Below are positions 1-9,511 of a DNA stretch of 64,000 nt, in pieces; the first letter of the stretch is position 1; the number at the start of each line of letters is the position of its first letter. The notes under the pieces are model-generated. The model was not told where the DNA came from. It was given only the letters and a program-made list of their open reading frames with translations, and did not search any database. A program made the translations under genes and the position numbers. Origin of the DNA: Thermodesulfovibrionales bacterium (GTDB taxonomy: Bacteria; Nitrospirota; Thermodesulfovibrionia; Thermodesulfovibrionales; UBA6898); assembly GCA_044450345.1 (NCBI GenBank), contig JBIOIY010000003.1, positions 96,001 to 160,000 on the forward strand. The letters are read 5' to 3'.

Positions 1-7
1 TATTACA

Positions 8-1897
8 TTGCAGAGCCCTGCTGCGGTCGTCCCTCTCTACAGGGACAATACGCTGACCCTTTTGACCAAACCTGAAGAACCGGTCACCCTGACCCAGGAA
101 AAAACTGAAGAAAAGGTGGAGTCGAAAGAGACGACCGACGTTGCAGCCGCCGTGAGTCCGCCGGAGCCTGCAGCGGAATCAAAGCCCTCTGAAACGACGG
201 CACCTGAAGTAAAAGAAGCAGAGGCCCCTGAAAAAAAATCTGCCGACAGCGGCGCTGCGCTGTCAAGGGCGAAGTCTATTGACCGCATCGAGCTCAAGAA
301 ATCGGCAGCGGCGCTGAAGATATTGATAATCGGCGACGGGACCATGACGCCCAATGTCTTTCCCATCGATGAAAGAATAGTTATAGATATCCCCAATGTG
401 TCAACGCATGCCTCACTTCCTTCAAGTGTCGTGTCGCCTTTAAAGGGTATCAGGATCGGCAAGCACAGGGACAAGGTTAGACTTGTGCTGGACCTCAGGG
501 AAAAGACGGCTTTCGATGTTTCAGCAGTAGGAAATACCATAGAAGTTTTGCTGAAGAGCAAGGAGCGTCCAGTTGTCCAGTTTGAGCACAAGGCGGTCCG
601 AAAAGAGATTGCCCTGAAAGAACTTTCATCCAAAGAGGCAGTCCAAATAGAGGCGCCGCCTCCTCTTGTACAGGAGGCCAAGGCAGAGGGGAGATATAGG
701 GGGAAAAAGATATCGCTCGATTTCCAGGATGCCGAGGTAGGCCCTATTTTCAGACTTCTTGCCGACGTCAATGACTACAATCTGGTGCTGGACCCTGCGG
801 TGAAGGGCAAGATCACGATCAAGCTTATGAACGTCCCCTGGGACCAGGCCCTCGATATTATTCTCAATCAGACGCATCTCAACTACCGCGTAGACGGAAA
901 CATATTGTGGATCGCACCTGTCACTGTTTTTGACCAGATTGCCAGTGAAAGGGCGAAGTCGAAGGAGACGGAAGAGAAGTCCGAGGAACTGGTGCAGGAG
1001 GTCTTGAGGGTGAACTATGCGGCTGCCGCCGAAGTGCAGACTGCCATTAACAGCGGGAAACTGCTCAGCACACGCGGCACTATCACCCCGGACGCCAGGA
1101 TGAACACCCTTATCATCAAGGATACCCAGAAGAGCATCGAAAACATAAAAGAACTTGTGAAGATAATGGACCTCGCGAAGCCCCAGGTTATGATAGAGGC
1201 GAAGCTCGTCGAGGTGGGCACGACATACAGCGAATCGCTCGGCATACGGTGGGGAGGCAGTTTCTCTTCGCAGACTTTCCCCAGTAGCCTCCTAGGCAAT
1301 TTCTCGGTCAATACGCCGACGGTGAGCGCCGGGCCTTCAACGTCAAATGCCGGAGGCGCCATGAATTTGACCTTGGGGCATGCAAACAGCTTGAGCGTAA
1401 ACTTGTCGCTTTCGGCGCTTGAATCCATAGGCAAGTCCAAGACGTTGTCGAACCCGAAGATATTGACGATGGACAACGAGTCCGCAACCATCCAGCAGGG
1501 TACTACATTTTTTATCCCGACGGTAAGCCAGTCAGGTACCCAGACCCAGTCGCAGACTGCAACTCTGAGCCTGACAGTGACCCCCAAGATCACGCCTGAC
1601 GGTTATATCCAACTGAAGGTCAATGCTACCGACAACAGTCTTCAGCCGGGGACGGCCGGGGCCACGGCGGTAGTCAACACGAAGAGCCTCACGACCCAGG
1701 CGCTTGTCAAGAATGGAGAGACCCTGGTGATAGGAGGCATTTACAGGATGGACGATAGCGAAACCAGTGATGCCGTACCCGTCCTCGGCAGGATACCGGG
1801 ACTCGGCTGGCTATTTAAGACCAAGGACCGCGTAGGGCCGAACATCAAGGAACTGCTCATATTTATTACACCGATCATAGTCAGCCAGCCTATGTAA
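8..1897 (+). CDS. pilQ: Type IV pilus secretin PilQ (5' end probably outside the window)
   Basis: AMIN-like domain (RIVIDIP...VRLVLDL), 'YRGKKISLDFQDA', 'NVPWDQALDIIL', 'PQVMIEAKLVEV' and secretin C-terminus 'VPVLGRIPGLGWLFK...ELLIFITP'; typical location upstream of aroC/aroK/aroB. Confidence 0.93.
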   Translation: MQSPAAVVPLYRDNTLTLLTKPEEPVTLTQEKTEEKVESKETTDVAAAVSPPEPAAESKPSETTAPEVKEAEAPEKKSADSGAALSRAKSIDRIELKKSAAALKILIIGDGTMTPNVFPIDERIVIDIPNVSTHASLPSSVVSPLKGIRIGKHRDKVRLVLDLREKTAFDVSAVGNTIEVLLKSKERPVVQFEHKAVRKEIALKELSSKEAVQIEAPPPLVQEAKAEGRYRGKKISLDFQDAEVGPIFRLLADVNDYNLVLDPAVKGKITIKLMNVPWDQALDIILNQTHLNYRVDGNILWIAPVTVFDQIASERAKSKETEEKSEELVQEVLRVNYAAAAEVQTAINSGKLLSTRGTITPDARMNTLIIKDTQKSIENIKELVKIMDLAKPQVMIEAKLVEVGTTYSESLGIRWGGSFSSQTFPSSLLGNFSVNTPTVSAGPSTSNAGGAMNLTLGHANSLSVNLSLSALESIGKSKTLSNPKILTMDNESATIQQGTTFFIPTVSQSGTQTQSQTATLSLTVTPKITPDGYIQLKVNATDNSLQPGTAGATAVVNTKSLTTQALVKNGETLVIGGIYRMDDSETSDAVPVLGRIPGLGWLFKTKDRVGPNIKELLIFITPIIVSQPM

Positions 1898-1951
1898 GGA
1901 GCAGACCGGATTGAGAGAACATATATTTAATATTCACTTCGAGGAGGTTAA

Positions 1952-2425
1952 ATGAAGAACCATATAATGCTGCTGTTGTGTGTAATCGTGTTATCGGGTT
2001 GCGGGGCCAGAGGCGGAAGCGCACCTCCTGGTTCTACGATAACTATAGGGTCTTTTGATAGTGTGACAAACGCAAATACGACGAAACAGCGCGACAGTCA
2101 AACAGTGCAGGTCATCATAAAATCGGGTGGCAATGGAGTAAACAATGCAAATATCGATATTTCATTCGATTATACGTCGCCACCCGTTAAGACTGTGACA
2201 AATCCTGATGGATCCACTACGAGAACATTCCCTGATCCGGCAAGCGTTGTTACGTTGTGCGGCGGCGCCCAGATCTTAAACGCAACCGTCCAGGCGAAGA
2301 CCGACGACTGGGGTGTTTATTACCTATGCATTGAATATGATAACGGGGGTGGGCTCGCTTACGCGGGGAACGTAAAGGTCTTGAGCGGCGATCAGTCGGT
2401 TTCGACTGCGTTGACCGTCCAATAG
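1952..2425 (+). CDS. Hypothetical lipoprotein, probably an Ig-like beta fold
   Basis: GAGGAGG SD; lipobox VLSGC; beta-rich T/S/G composition. Confidence 0.7.
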   Translation: MKNHIMLLLCVIVLSGCGARGGSAPPGSTITIGSFDSVTNANTTKQRDSQTVQVIIKSGGNGVNNANIDISFDYTSPPVKTVTNPDGSTTRTFPDPASVVTLCGGAQILNATVQAKTDDWGVYYLCIEYDNGGGLAYAGNVKVLSGDQSVSTALTVQ

Positions 2426-2475
2426 GCTGTTGGGATGGGTGTCTTGAAATTGGATATTTTCCAGGAGGATCATTT

Positions 2476-5400
2476 ATGAAAATTATGAGGATTACGTTCT
2501 GCCTCTTCTTGATAGCTTACCTGTTCGGCTGTTCAGGAGAGCCGACCCAGACAGGCGGCGCCAGCAGGGGAGCGGCAAAGGTCCTGGCAGATGACCTGCA
2601 GATAACCTCGGACCCGAACGACCAGACCCAGCCAAATGTTGCATACGATACGGTCAATAAGAGATACCTTGTCGTCTGGACTGACTACAGAAACGTGAAC
2701 ACGAGTTGTTCCGGGACCGCCCTCTGCGGCACTGACATCTTCGGCAAGTTCTGTACCGGCTCCGGGACCGGGACAGACACGACCATGACTTGCGGGAGCG
2801 AGTTCCTCATTTCGAATATAACAGGGGGCCCCGTGCCGGGCAATCAATCTCAGCCAAAGGTCGCGTTCAACAGCCAAAACCAGAATTATCTTGTGGTCTG
2901 GACCGATTCACGGAGCGGGGCAAACGGTCAGATCTTCGGTCAGCTCATGACAAAGGACGGGACCTTCTCGGGGGACAACTTTGCCATCTCTACCATTACC
3001 GCAGGCGTGGACATTAACCAGTTTGAGCCTGACGTCATATACGACGCTGTGACCAACAACTTCGTGGTGGCGTGGGTCGATGTGACTGTCGCGGACACAA
3101 ATAATCAGATGGTCCTCAGGGGCGGGGGCTGCTTTAACACTCAGAACGTGACGTTTATCCCTCTGCCCCAGGCTGATAACAACATGGTCAGGACGGCAGA
3201 GGTGAGTCCGACCGGCGCGGTATCAAACAGAAAGAACGCCTCTGCGCTTCTGGCGACAGACCCTGTGCATGATACGGGGACCAACTCTTTCACCGGCACA
3301 TGGTCTGTGCAGTTCAACGAGGCAAAGCCGAAGCTAATCTATAGCAGCATCACGGGAGATTATTTCGTCGGCTGGAGCGGCATGAACCATTCGGTAACCT
3401 TCAATATGGACTATATCCCGGGAGCCCTGGGGAACGTGTTTAAGGTCTTTAACGGGACGGGTTCTGTACCCAATCCGGCGCCTCCCCCCGCAAACCTCCC
3501 GGCCTGGCGAGCGACCGATACAGCCACTATTTCAGGAGCGGTGACGACGATAGTCGCAGCGACCGCAACGAAGAGTGACGGAACCGCGGCGACCGGGCTC
3601 ACTTTCACGGGCTTTGGAACGACCTCGCTCAAGATCACGATCAATGCTGTATCAAATGTCATCGGCGACACGAACCCGCTCACGATAACGGTCACCTATG
3701 ATTTTCCTAATGTCTGTGAATATAAGGTGCAGACATTCACCTCAACGGACAAGGACGCCGGCCTTCCCAAGGTGAAGTTCAGAAAGGGGTCCGGACTCGG
3801 ACTCTTCCAGGACTTCAGCTTCGGCACAAATGCGACTGCGCTCGCATTGTCGACGGACCCAAATACTAACCGCGCGCTGATCGCATGGGAAGAGAATACC
3901 GCGACCGGAAAGGACATACTGGGACAGCTCGTTGATCTTAACAATTTCGTGTCTTACGGCAACGGCATAACCATATCCAACGCCCCCGGCGATCAGTCAT
4001 CTCCTGCGGTCTCGTATGACAACGCCAACCAAAGGTTTCTTGTTGTATGGGAAGACGCGAGGAACCAGAGCGCAAATATCTCCAACATCGACATCTTCAG
4101 CCAGTTCGTCGACCCGCAGGGCAATTTAAGCGGCGCAAACGCCCCTGTGACGGTTGCGCCGGGCAACCAGCTTGCCCCTGCCCTGGCCTTCGGGGATGTC
4201 GACTTCAGAAAATTCCTTGTTGTCTGGGCGGACGGCCGCCAGCCGAGCAATGCAGACATCTTCGGCCAGTTGATGGAATTTTCATTGTCATCTCAGCTCT
4301 TGATAGAGGACGGAGCCGGGAACCCGATCTTTAACAGCGCGATCGATTTCGGGAACTTCCCGATCGGCCTGACCGGCGGGGTGCTCAACTCTACGACGTT
4401 ACCGTTTAAGATCTGCAATAACGGTAATACCCAGCTCACCATAAACAGCATGAGCCAGCCGGACGCCCCGTTCTCGATCACTACGCCGATCCCGGTTACC
4501 ATAAGCCCCGGCGTTTGTTCCGACATGGCAGTCCAGTTTGCGCCTATAGCTGCGGGTTCTTTTGCAGGGAATTCCTCGAACAATTTCAAGACGACGATTG
4601 ATTCAAGCGGCGGAAAGGTGACGCTCTATTTCAGCGGAAGCGGAACAGGTACCCAAACGTTAAGAGTTCTTACCACAAGTCTTCCCGATGGCGACACATT
4701 GACTGCTTATAACCAGCCTCTCCTGGGATTCGGCGGTGTCTTCCCCTTCACCTGGAGCGTAAGCGCGGGGACCCTTCCCCCTGGGATGACAATAGATTCT
4801 ACCTCCGGCCGTATAAGCGGCCAGCCGACCGCATCCGGATCCTTCACCTTTACGGTGAGGGTTACTGATAATGGCGGACATACCGCAACGAGAGAGCTTA
4901 CGATTAATGTGAGCGTACTTACGATTACGAATATAAATACGACATTGAAGCAGTGGACAGTAGGACAGGAATACGGAACCCCCCCTGTCGAACAGATAAC
5001 CGCTGCGGGCGGCGCAGCGCCTTATACCTGGAGCATAAGCGGAGGCAATTTGCCGAACGGGCTCTCGATAGACCCCTCAACGGGCAGGATTTTCGGCGTG
5101 CCGAGCCAGAGCGGGCAGTTCCTGTTTACGGTGAAGGTCACCGAAAGCGGCGGACAGATCGCAACAAAGAGTTTCATGATAAGCATTAACTCCGCACCGT
5201 CCATTCAGACAACCAGCCTTCCTGCCGGGAGAAGCGGAATTGAGTATCAACAGACACTGAAGGAAGTTGGCGGAACGCCGACCATTACTTGGGCTATTGG
5301 CTCGGGGTCACTGCCCCCGGGACTATCGATCGATACTGCGACCGGGATAATAAGCGGGACGCCGACAAGTGAAAGTAAAAACAGTTTTACGATAACGGCA

Positions 5401-5613
5401 ACCGACGCTGCGGGGGCCTCGGTCTCCAAGGACCTTGCAATTGAGGTCACTGCTGCCGGTGCTGGTGGCGGAGGAGCGGCCTCAAATTCCGGAGGCGGGT
5501 GTTCTATCGGGAGAAAGCAGAACGGGCCGACACAGGTTGCGGACGCCCTAGTAATGCTGGCGCCGCTGTTTGCGATAATCGCGCTCAGGAATTTCAGGCG
5601 GAAGAAAAAATAG
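2476..5613 (+). CDS. Large surface lipoprotein: 7-bladed beta-propeller, ASH/choice-of-anchor-D-like domain, three putative-Ig (He_PIG-like) repeats and a C-terminal GGGC-TM-basic sorting signal
   Basis: Lipobox LFGC; seven 'Q..P.VAY.....YLVVW.D' repeats; 'IDFG...FKICNNGNTQLTI'; three 'W....G.LP.G.SID..TG.ISG.P' repeats; tail SNSGGGCSIG...LVMLAPLFAIIALRNFRRKKK. Confidence 0.85.
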   Translation: MKIMRITFCLFLIAYLFGCSGEPTQTGGASRGAAKVLADDLQITSDPNDQTQPNVAYDTVNKRYLVVWTDYRNVNTSCSGTALCGTDIFGKFCTGSGTGTDTTMTCGSEFLISNITGGPVPGNQSQPKVAFNSQNQNYLVVWTDSRSGANGQIFGQLMTKDGTFSGDNFAISTITAGVDINQFEPDVIYDAVTNNFVVAWVDVTVADTNNQMVLRGGGCFNTQNVTFIPLPQADNNMVRTAEVSPTGAVSNRKNASALLATDPVHDTGTNSFTGTWSVQFNEAKPKLIYSSITGDYFVGWSGMNHSVTFNMDYIPGALGNVFKVFNGTGSVPNPAPPPANLPAWRATDTATISGAVTTIVAATATKSDGTAATGLTFTGFGTTSLKITINAVSNVIGDTNPLTITVTYDFPNVCEYKVQTFTSTDKDAGLPKVKFRKGSGLGLFQDFSFGTNATALALSTDPNTNRALIAWEENTATGKDILGQLVDLNNFVSYGNGITISNAPGDQSSPAVSYDNANQRFLVVWEDARNQSANISNIDIFSQFVDPQGNLSGANAPVTVAPGNQLAPALAFGDVDFRKFLVVWADGRQPSNADIFGQLMEFSLSSQLLIEDGAGNPIFNSAIDFGNFPIGLTGGVLNSTTLPFKICNNGNTQLTINSMSQPDAPFSITTPIPVTISPGVCSDMAVQFAPIAAGSFAGNSSNNFKTTIDSSGGKVTLYFSGSGTGTQTLRVLTTSLPDGDTLTAYNQPLLGFGGVFPFTWSVSAGTLPPGMTIDSTSGRISGQPTASGSFTFTVRVTDNGGHTATRELTINVSVLTITNINTTLKQWTVGQEYGTPPVEQITAAGGAAPYTWSISGGNLPNGLSIDPSTGRIFGVPSQSGQFLFTVKVTESGGQIATKSFMISINSAPSIQTTSLPAGRSGIEYQQTLKEVGGTPTITWAIGSGSLPPGLSIDTATGIISGTPTSESKNSFTITATDAAGASVSKDLAIEVTAAGAGGGGAASNSGGGCSIGRKQNGPTQVADALVMLAPLFAIIALRNFRRKKK

Positions 5614-5641
5614 TCTCTGTATACAAAGTGATGCAAATCTC

Positions 5642-5675
5642 AAAGAGAGGGGCTATAGCCCCTCTCTTTATTTGT
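5642..5675. terminator. Perfect hairpin, probable intrinsic (possibly bidirectional) terminator
   Basis: aaagagaggggc-tata-gcccctctcttt followed by a T-rich tract. Confidence 0.7.
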
Positions 5676-5691
5676 TCTTGAGGAAGATTTA

Positions 5692-6234
5692 TTGGACGTG
5701 AAGAAAAAACCCCTGCTCGCGTATGCCATACTTCTCATGCTGGTTTTTTCAGCGCATGCCTTTCAGCTGCGCTTCTTCGATTATCTTGTCCCCATTTATC
5801 TTCTGGCAGTCCCGGTGGTCTTGAAGAGCAGGACAAATATCGGTTTTTCGATGAGGCATATTCTCCTTGGCCTGCTTGTGTCAATCATAGTTCTCTTGCC
5901 GTTCTTTGCGGTCTTTCCGCCGGCGAAAAAATTTGCAGCCCCGGAGCTGGGTGCGGCCCTGTTCCAGCTTCTCGGCGTTGCCTTTCCGGAGGAGGTTTTT
6001 TTCAGGGGGTTCCTGCAAGAAGCGTTCGGCAATAATCTCAGGGGCGCTGTGGTGGTGAGTCTCCTGTTTGCGGGGGCACACCTTCCGGGATTGTTTTTCT
6101 ACGGCGACCTCTATGCACTGCTGACATTCTTTCCTTCCCTCATCATGGGCCTCCTCTACATGCGTACGTCAAACGTTGCACCCTCGACGATCTTTCACTT
6201 CTTCTCAAATATCATGTACCTGGGGTCTTTGTGA
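5692..6234 (+). CDS. CPBP (CAAX/Abi) family intramembrane glutamic protease, candidate sortase-like processing enzyme (myxosortase/JDVT-CTERM-type)
   Basis: EExxxR motif 'PEEVFFRGFLQ', 'FAGAH', 'TFFPSLIMG' and 'FHFFSN'; hydrophobic; lies between two CTERM-tailed genes. Confidence 0.85.
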   Translation: MDVKKKPLLAYAILLMLVFSAHAFQLRFFDYLVPIYLLAVPVVLKSRTNIGFSMRHILLGLLVSIIVLLPFFAVFPPAKKFAAPELGAALFQLLGVAFPEEVFFRGFLQEAFGNNLRGAVVVSLLFAGAHLPGLFFYGDLYALLTFFPSLIMGLLYMRTSNVAPSTIFHFFSNIMYLGSL

Positions 6235-6298
6235 TATACTCTAAACTGGTTTGAAGACTGGAATCCGGCATGTTCACTTTGCAATTGAGGAGTTACGA

Positions 6299-8110
6299 AT
6301 GAAGAAAATCATTCTTGTACTGGTGACATTACTTTTGGCTTCGTGCGGGAATGAGAAGACCGCAGTCTTGTCTTCTGATGAAGGCAGAACCGCTGCGATA
6401 GAAAAAACGGCCCCGATAGTGTCGATGCAGTCAATCCTTGCCGGTGCGGAAAAGGGCAACTACAGGGAAGGTGAAATTATTGTCAAGCTCAAACCCGGTG
6501 TCCGCAATGCGTCTTCACTGGGTGCGCATCTGGCATTGGGGGCGGCGGTACTCCGGAGGCTCTCTCTGTTAAATGCAGATCATGTTAAACTGCCTGCTGG
6601 TGTGACGGTAAGAGAGGCGATCATACGGTATATGCAGGACCCCGACGTCGAATACGCCGAACCGAATTATGTAAGGTCGGCCCGTTCTACCGTGCCGAAC
6701 GATCCGCTTTTTCCGTTGCAGTGGGCCCTCCAGAATACCCAGGGTTCGAACATTAGAATGCCCTCTGCATGGGACATTATCACCGGCAACAGGGGACTCG
6801 TCATCGCGGTTGTCGACTCCGGGGTAGACTATACCCACCCTGATCTTGCCGGCAATATGTGGGCCAACCCAGGCGAACCCAACTGCTCCTCTGCGAACGA
6901 CAACGACCATGATGGATATGTTGCCGACTGCAGGGGATGGAATTTTGTGAGCGATAATAATAACCCGATGGATGACGACGGACACGGCACGCATGTGAGC
7001 GGCACGATAGGCGCAGCAGGGAATAACAACCTCGGTGTTGCAGGGGTGATGTGGGAAGTGAAAATCATGCCTTTGAAGATCCTCGACAACAACGGGAACG
7101 GTACGGTGGCGGACGAGGTAGCTGCCATTCAGTACGCCATTACGAAAGGTGCAAAAATAATAAATGCCAGCTTTGCCGGGGACCAATTTTCGAACGCGGA
7201 ATTCGATGCGATCACTGCGGCAAATGCGGCCGGTATTCTGTTCGTGACCGCTGCAGGCAACGGGAATAACAATGCGATTGGGAGCGACAACGACACATTG
7301 CCGGTCTATCCCGGAAATTATAACCTTCCAAATATTATTTCGGTGGCAGCAACGGACCAGAATGACAATCTGGCCTCATTCAGCAACTTCGGCCCCGATA
7401 CAGTGCACGTTGCCGCCCCGGGGGTGTTGATCCTGAGCACCGTCCCCCCGAGCTTGAGCTTTTCGTTTTGCGGAAGCTCGCCTCTTATCGGTTATGAATA
7501 TTGCGACGGCACTTCGATGTCCACACCTCATGTTACGGGACTTGCAGGTCTCATATCAAGCTACTACGCCGGTCTGACGCCATCGCAGTTGCGGGCGATG
7601 ATCATGAGGTATGTCGATACGCTTCCGGCACTTCGGGGGGCCGTCAAGAGCGGGGGCAGGATAAACGCGTATAAGACTGTGTCGGCCCTGCTGGCCCCAT
7701 CCGGACTCTCTGCAAATGCACAATCTTCGACCAAGATAGCATTGACATGGAACGACAACGCCACAGGGGAGGATGGATACAAGATTGAGAGGGAGGCGCC
7801 TGGCGGAGACTTTGTCGAGATCGCTGAAACCGGACCTGACGTTACGACCTTTACCGACAGCGGACTCAATCCCGTGAATGCGTATACATACAGGGTGCGC
7901 GCCTTCAACACGATCCCCGTTGATTCAGGGTATTCCAATGAGGCGTCGGCCACGACCTTGTCAGGTCCCGGCCCTTCATCCGGAGGGGGTGGGGGAGGCT
8001 GTTCAGTGCTGAGAAAGACGCATCGACCTTCAGAGGGGGACGTCTTACTGGTCCTGATGCCCATACTTGCGGCCGCGGCATTGTATCGCCGCAGGCGAAA
8101 GAAAAAATAG
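6299..8110 (+). CDS. S8 subtilisin-like serine protease lipoprotein with prodomain, Fn3 domain and C-terminal GGGGC-TM-basic sorting signal
   Basis: Start moved to ATG 6299 (GAGGAG SD, lipobox LLASC); catalytic motifs VVDSG, HGTHVSG and GTSMSTPHV; Fn3 'LTWNDN...YTYRVRAFN'; tail SSGGGGGGCSV...LLVLMPILAAAALYRRRRKKK. Confidence 0.9.
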   Translation: MKKIILVLVTLLLASCGNEKTAVLSSDEGRTAAIEKTAPIVSMQSILAGAEKGNYREGEIIVKLKPGVRNASSLGAHLALGAAVLRRLSLLNADHVKLPAGVTVREAIIRYMQDPDVEYAEPNYVRSARSTVPNDPLFPLQWALQNTQGSNIRMPSAWDIITGNRGLVIAVVDSGVDYTHPDLAGNMWANPGEPNCSSANDNDHDGYVADCRGWNFVSDNNNPMDDDGHGTHVSGTIGAAGNNNLGVAGVMWEVKIMPLKILDNNGNGTVADEVAAIQYAITKGAKIINASFAGDQFSNAEFDAITAANAAGILFVTAAGNGNNNAIGSDNDTLPVYPGNYNLPNIISVAATDQNDNLASFSNFGPDTVHVAAPGVLILSTVPPSLSFSFCGSSPLIGYEYCDGTSMSTPHVTGLAGLISSYYAGLTPSQLRAMIMRYVDTLPALRGAVKSGGRINAYKTVSALLAPSGLSANAQSSTKIALTWNDNATGEDGYKIEREAPGGDFVEIAETGPDVTTFTDSGLNPVNAYTYRVRAFNTIPVDSGYSNEASATTLSGPGPSSGGGGGGCSVLRKTHRPSEGDVLLVLMPILAAAALYRRRRKKK

Positions 8111-8183
8111 TGTCTTCGGTATTACGTCGTTTGATATATATTCTAGATATGACAAGCAAAAAATTTTAGCGTGGAGCGATAGT

Positions 8184-9395
8184 ATGACTAATCTAAGGTT
8201 TCTCACATCCGGGGAATCTCACGGCAGGGCGCTGACAGGTATTATTGAAGGCATACCCTCGGGCGTCTCACTTTCTTCTGAAGATATCGATCGTGACCTC
8301 AGGAGACGGCAGGGAGGTTATGGCAGAGGCGGCAGGATGAAGATTGAGACCGATCATGCGCAAATAATCTCCGGTGTCCGGCTGGGGAAGACGATCGGTT
8401 CTCCGATAAGTCTTATGATTGAAAACAAGGACTGGGAGAACTGGCAGGAGGTCATGAGCCCGGACGCCGGAACCCTGCGTTCGGCGACAAAAGACAAAAG
8501 GCTGGACCCCGTCACACGCCCCAGACCAGGGCACGCGGACCTTGCCGGCGCGATAAAATTTGATCATCGTGACGTCCGTAATATCCTCGAACGTTCGAGC
8601 GCCAGGGAAACTGCGATGCGGGTGGGCCTCGGCGCAATCGCGAAGAAGTTGTTGTCGGAATTCGGGATAATAATCGGCAGCCACGTGATACAGATCGGTA
8701 ACCATAAGGCAGAAATTTACGGCATGGACCGGGAAAATCTCGCGGAGATTTTTGAGAAGGCCGAAGGGTCTCCTGTTCGATGCGCCGACGGAGGAGCTTC
8801 GAAGAAGATGACGAGACTAATTGACAGGGCGGCCAGGGAAGGCGATTCCCTGGGCGGGGTGTTTGAGGTCTTCGCAACGGGTGTGCCGGTCGGGCTCGGA
8901 AGTCATATCCAGTGGGACCTGAAGCTCGACGGGATGCTCGCGCAGGCGGTGATGAGCATACAGGCTATCAAAGGCGTCGAGATAGGACGCGGCTTTAAAA
9001 TGGCGGACGAATTCGGTTCTCATGTCATGGACGAGATTTTTTACGGCAGGGCTGAGATTAAATCAAAAGGCATGAAGTTCTACAGGAAGACGAACAACGC
9101 AGGAGGTATGGAGGGAGGAATGTCTAACGGCATGCCCATTATCATCAGGGCGGCAATGAAGCCTATCCCCACTTTAAGGAGGCCTCTTATGTCTGTCGAT
9201 ATCAGGACGAAAAAGGCATTCGGGGCTGCCTATGAACGTTCCGATGTCTGTGCGGTGCCGGCGGCGGCAGTTGTTGCCGAGGCGATGACAGCCCTGGTCC
9301 TGGCTGACGCCTTCCTCAGAAAGTTCGGAGGCGACAGCGAGAAGGAAGTGAGAAGAAACTACAAGTCCTATAGTTCTTACGTAAACGGTTTTTGA
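8184..9395 (+). CDS. aroC: Chorismate synthase
   Basis: LRFLTSGESHG, RPRPGHAD, ERSSARETA, SIQAIKGVE, MKPIPTL and ERSDVC motifs; start moved to ATG 8184. Confidence 0.97.
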   Translation: MTNLRFLTSGESHGRALTGIIEGIPSGVSLSSEDIDRDLRRRQGGYGRGGRMKIETDHAQIISGVRLGKTIGSPISLMIENKDWENWQEVMSPDAGTLRSATKDKRLDPVTRPRPGHADLAGAIKFDHRDVRNILERSSARETAMRVGLGAIAKKLLSEFGIIIGSHVIQIGNHKAEIYGMDRENLAEIFEKAEGSPVRCADGGASKKMTRLIDRAAREGDSLGGVFEVFATGVPVGLGSHIQWDLKLDGMLAQAVMSIQAIKGVEIGRGFKMADEFGSHVMDEIFYGRAEIKSKGMKFYRKTNNAGGMEGGMSNGMPIIIRAAMKPIPTLRRPLMSVDIRTKKAFGAAYERSDVCAVPAAAVVAEAMTALVLADAFLRKFGGDSEKEVRRNYKSYSSYVNGF

Positions 9396-9511
9396 TTTTC
9401 TATGAAACTGAAAAAAGCATTTAACCGCCTTTTCTTTGCGGCTTTGCGCGAACGATTGCCTTTTTTAGGTTAATTAGCAAAAAAGTAATCACGGGTGCAT
9501 CTGAAATTATA

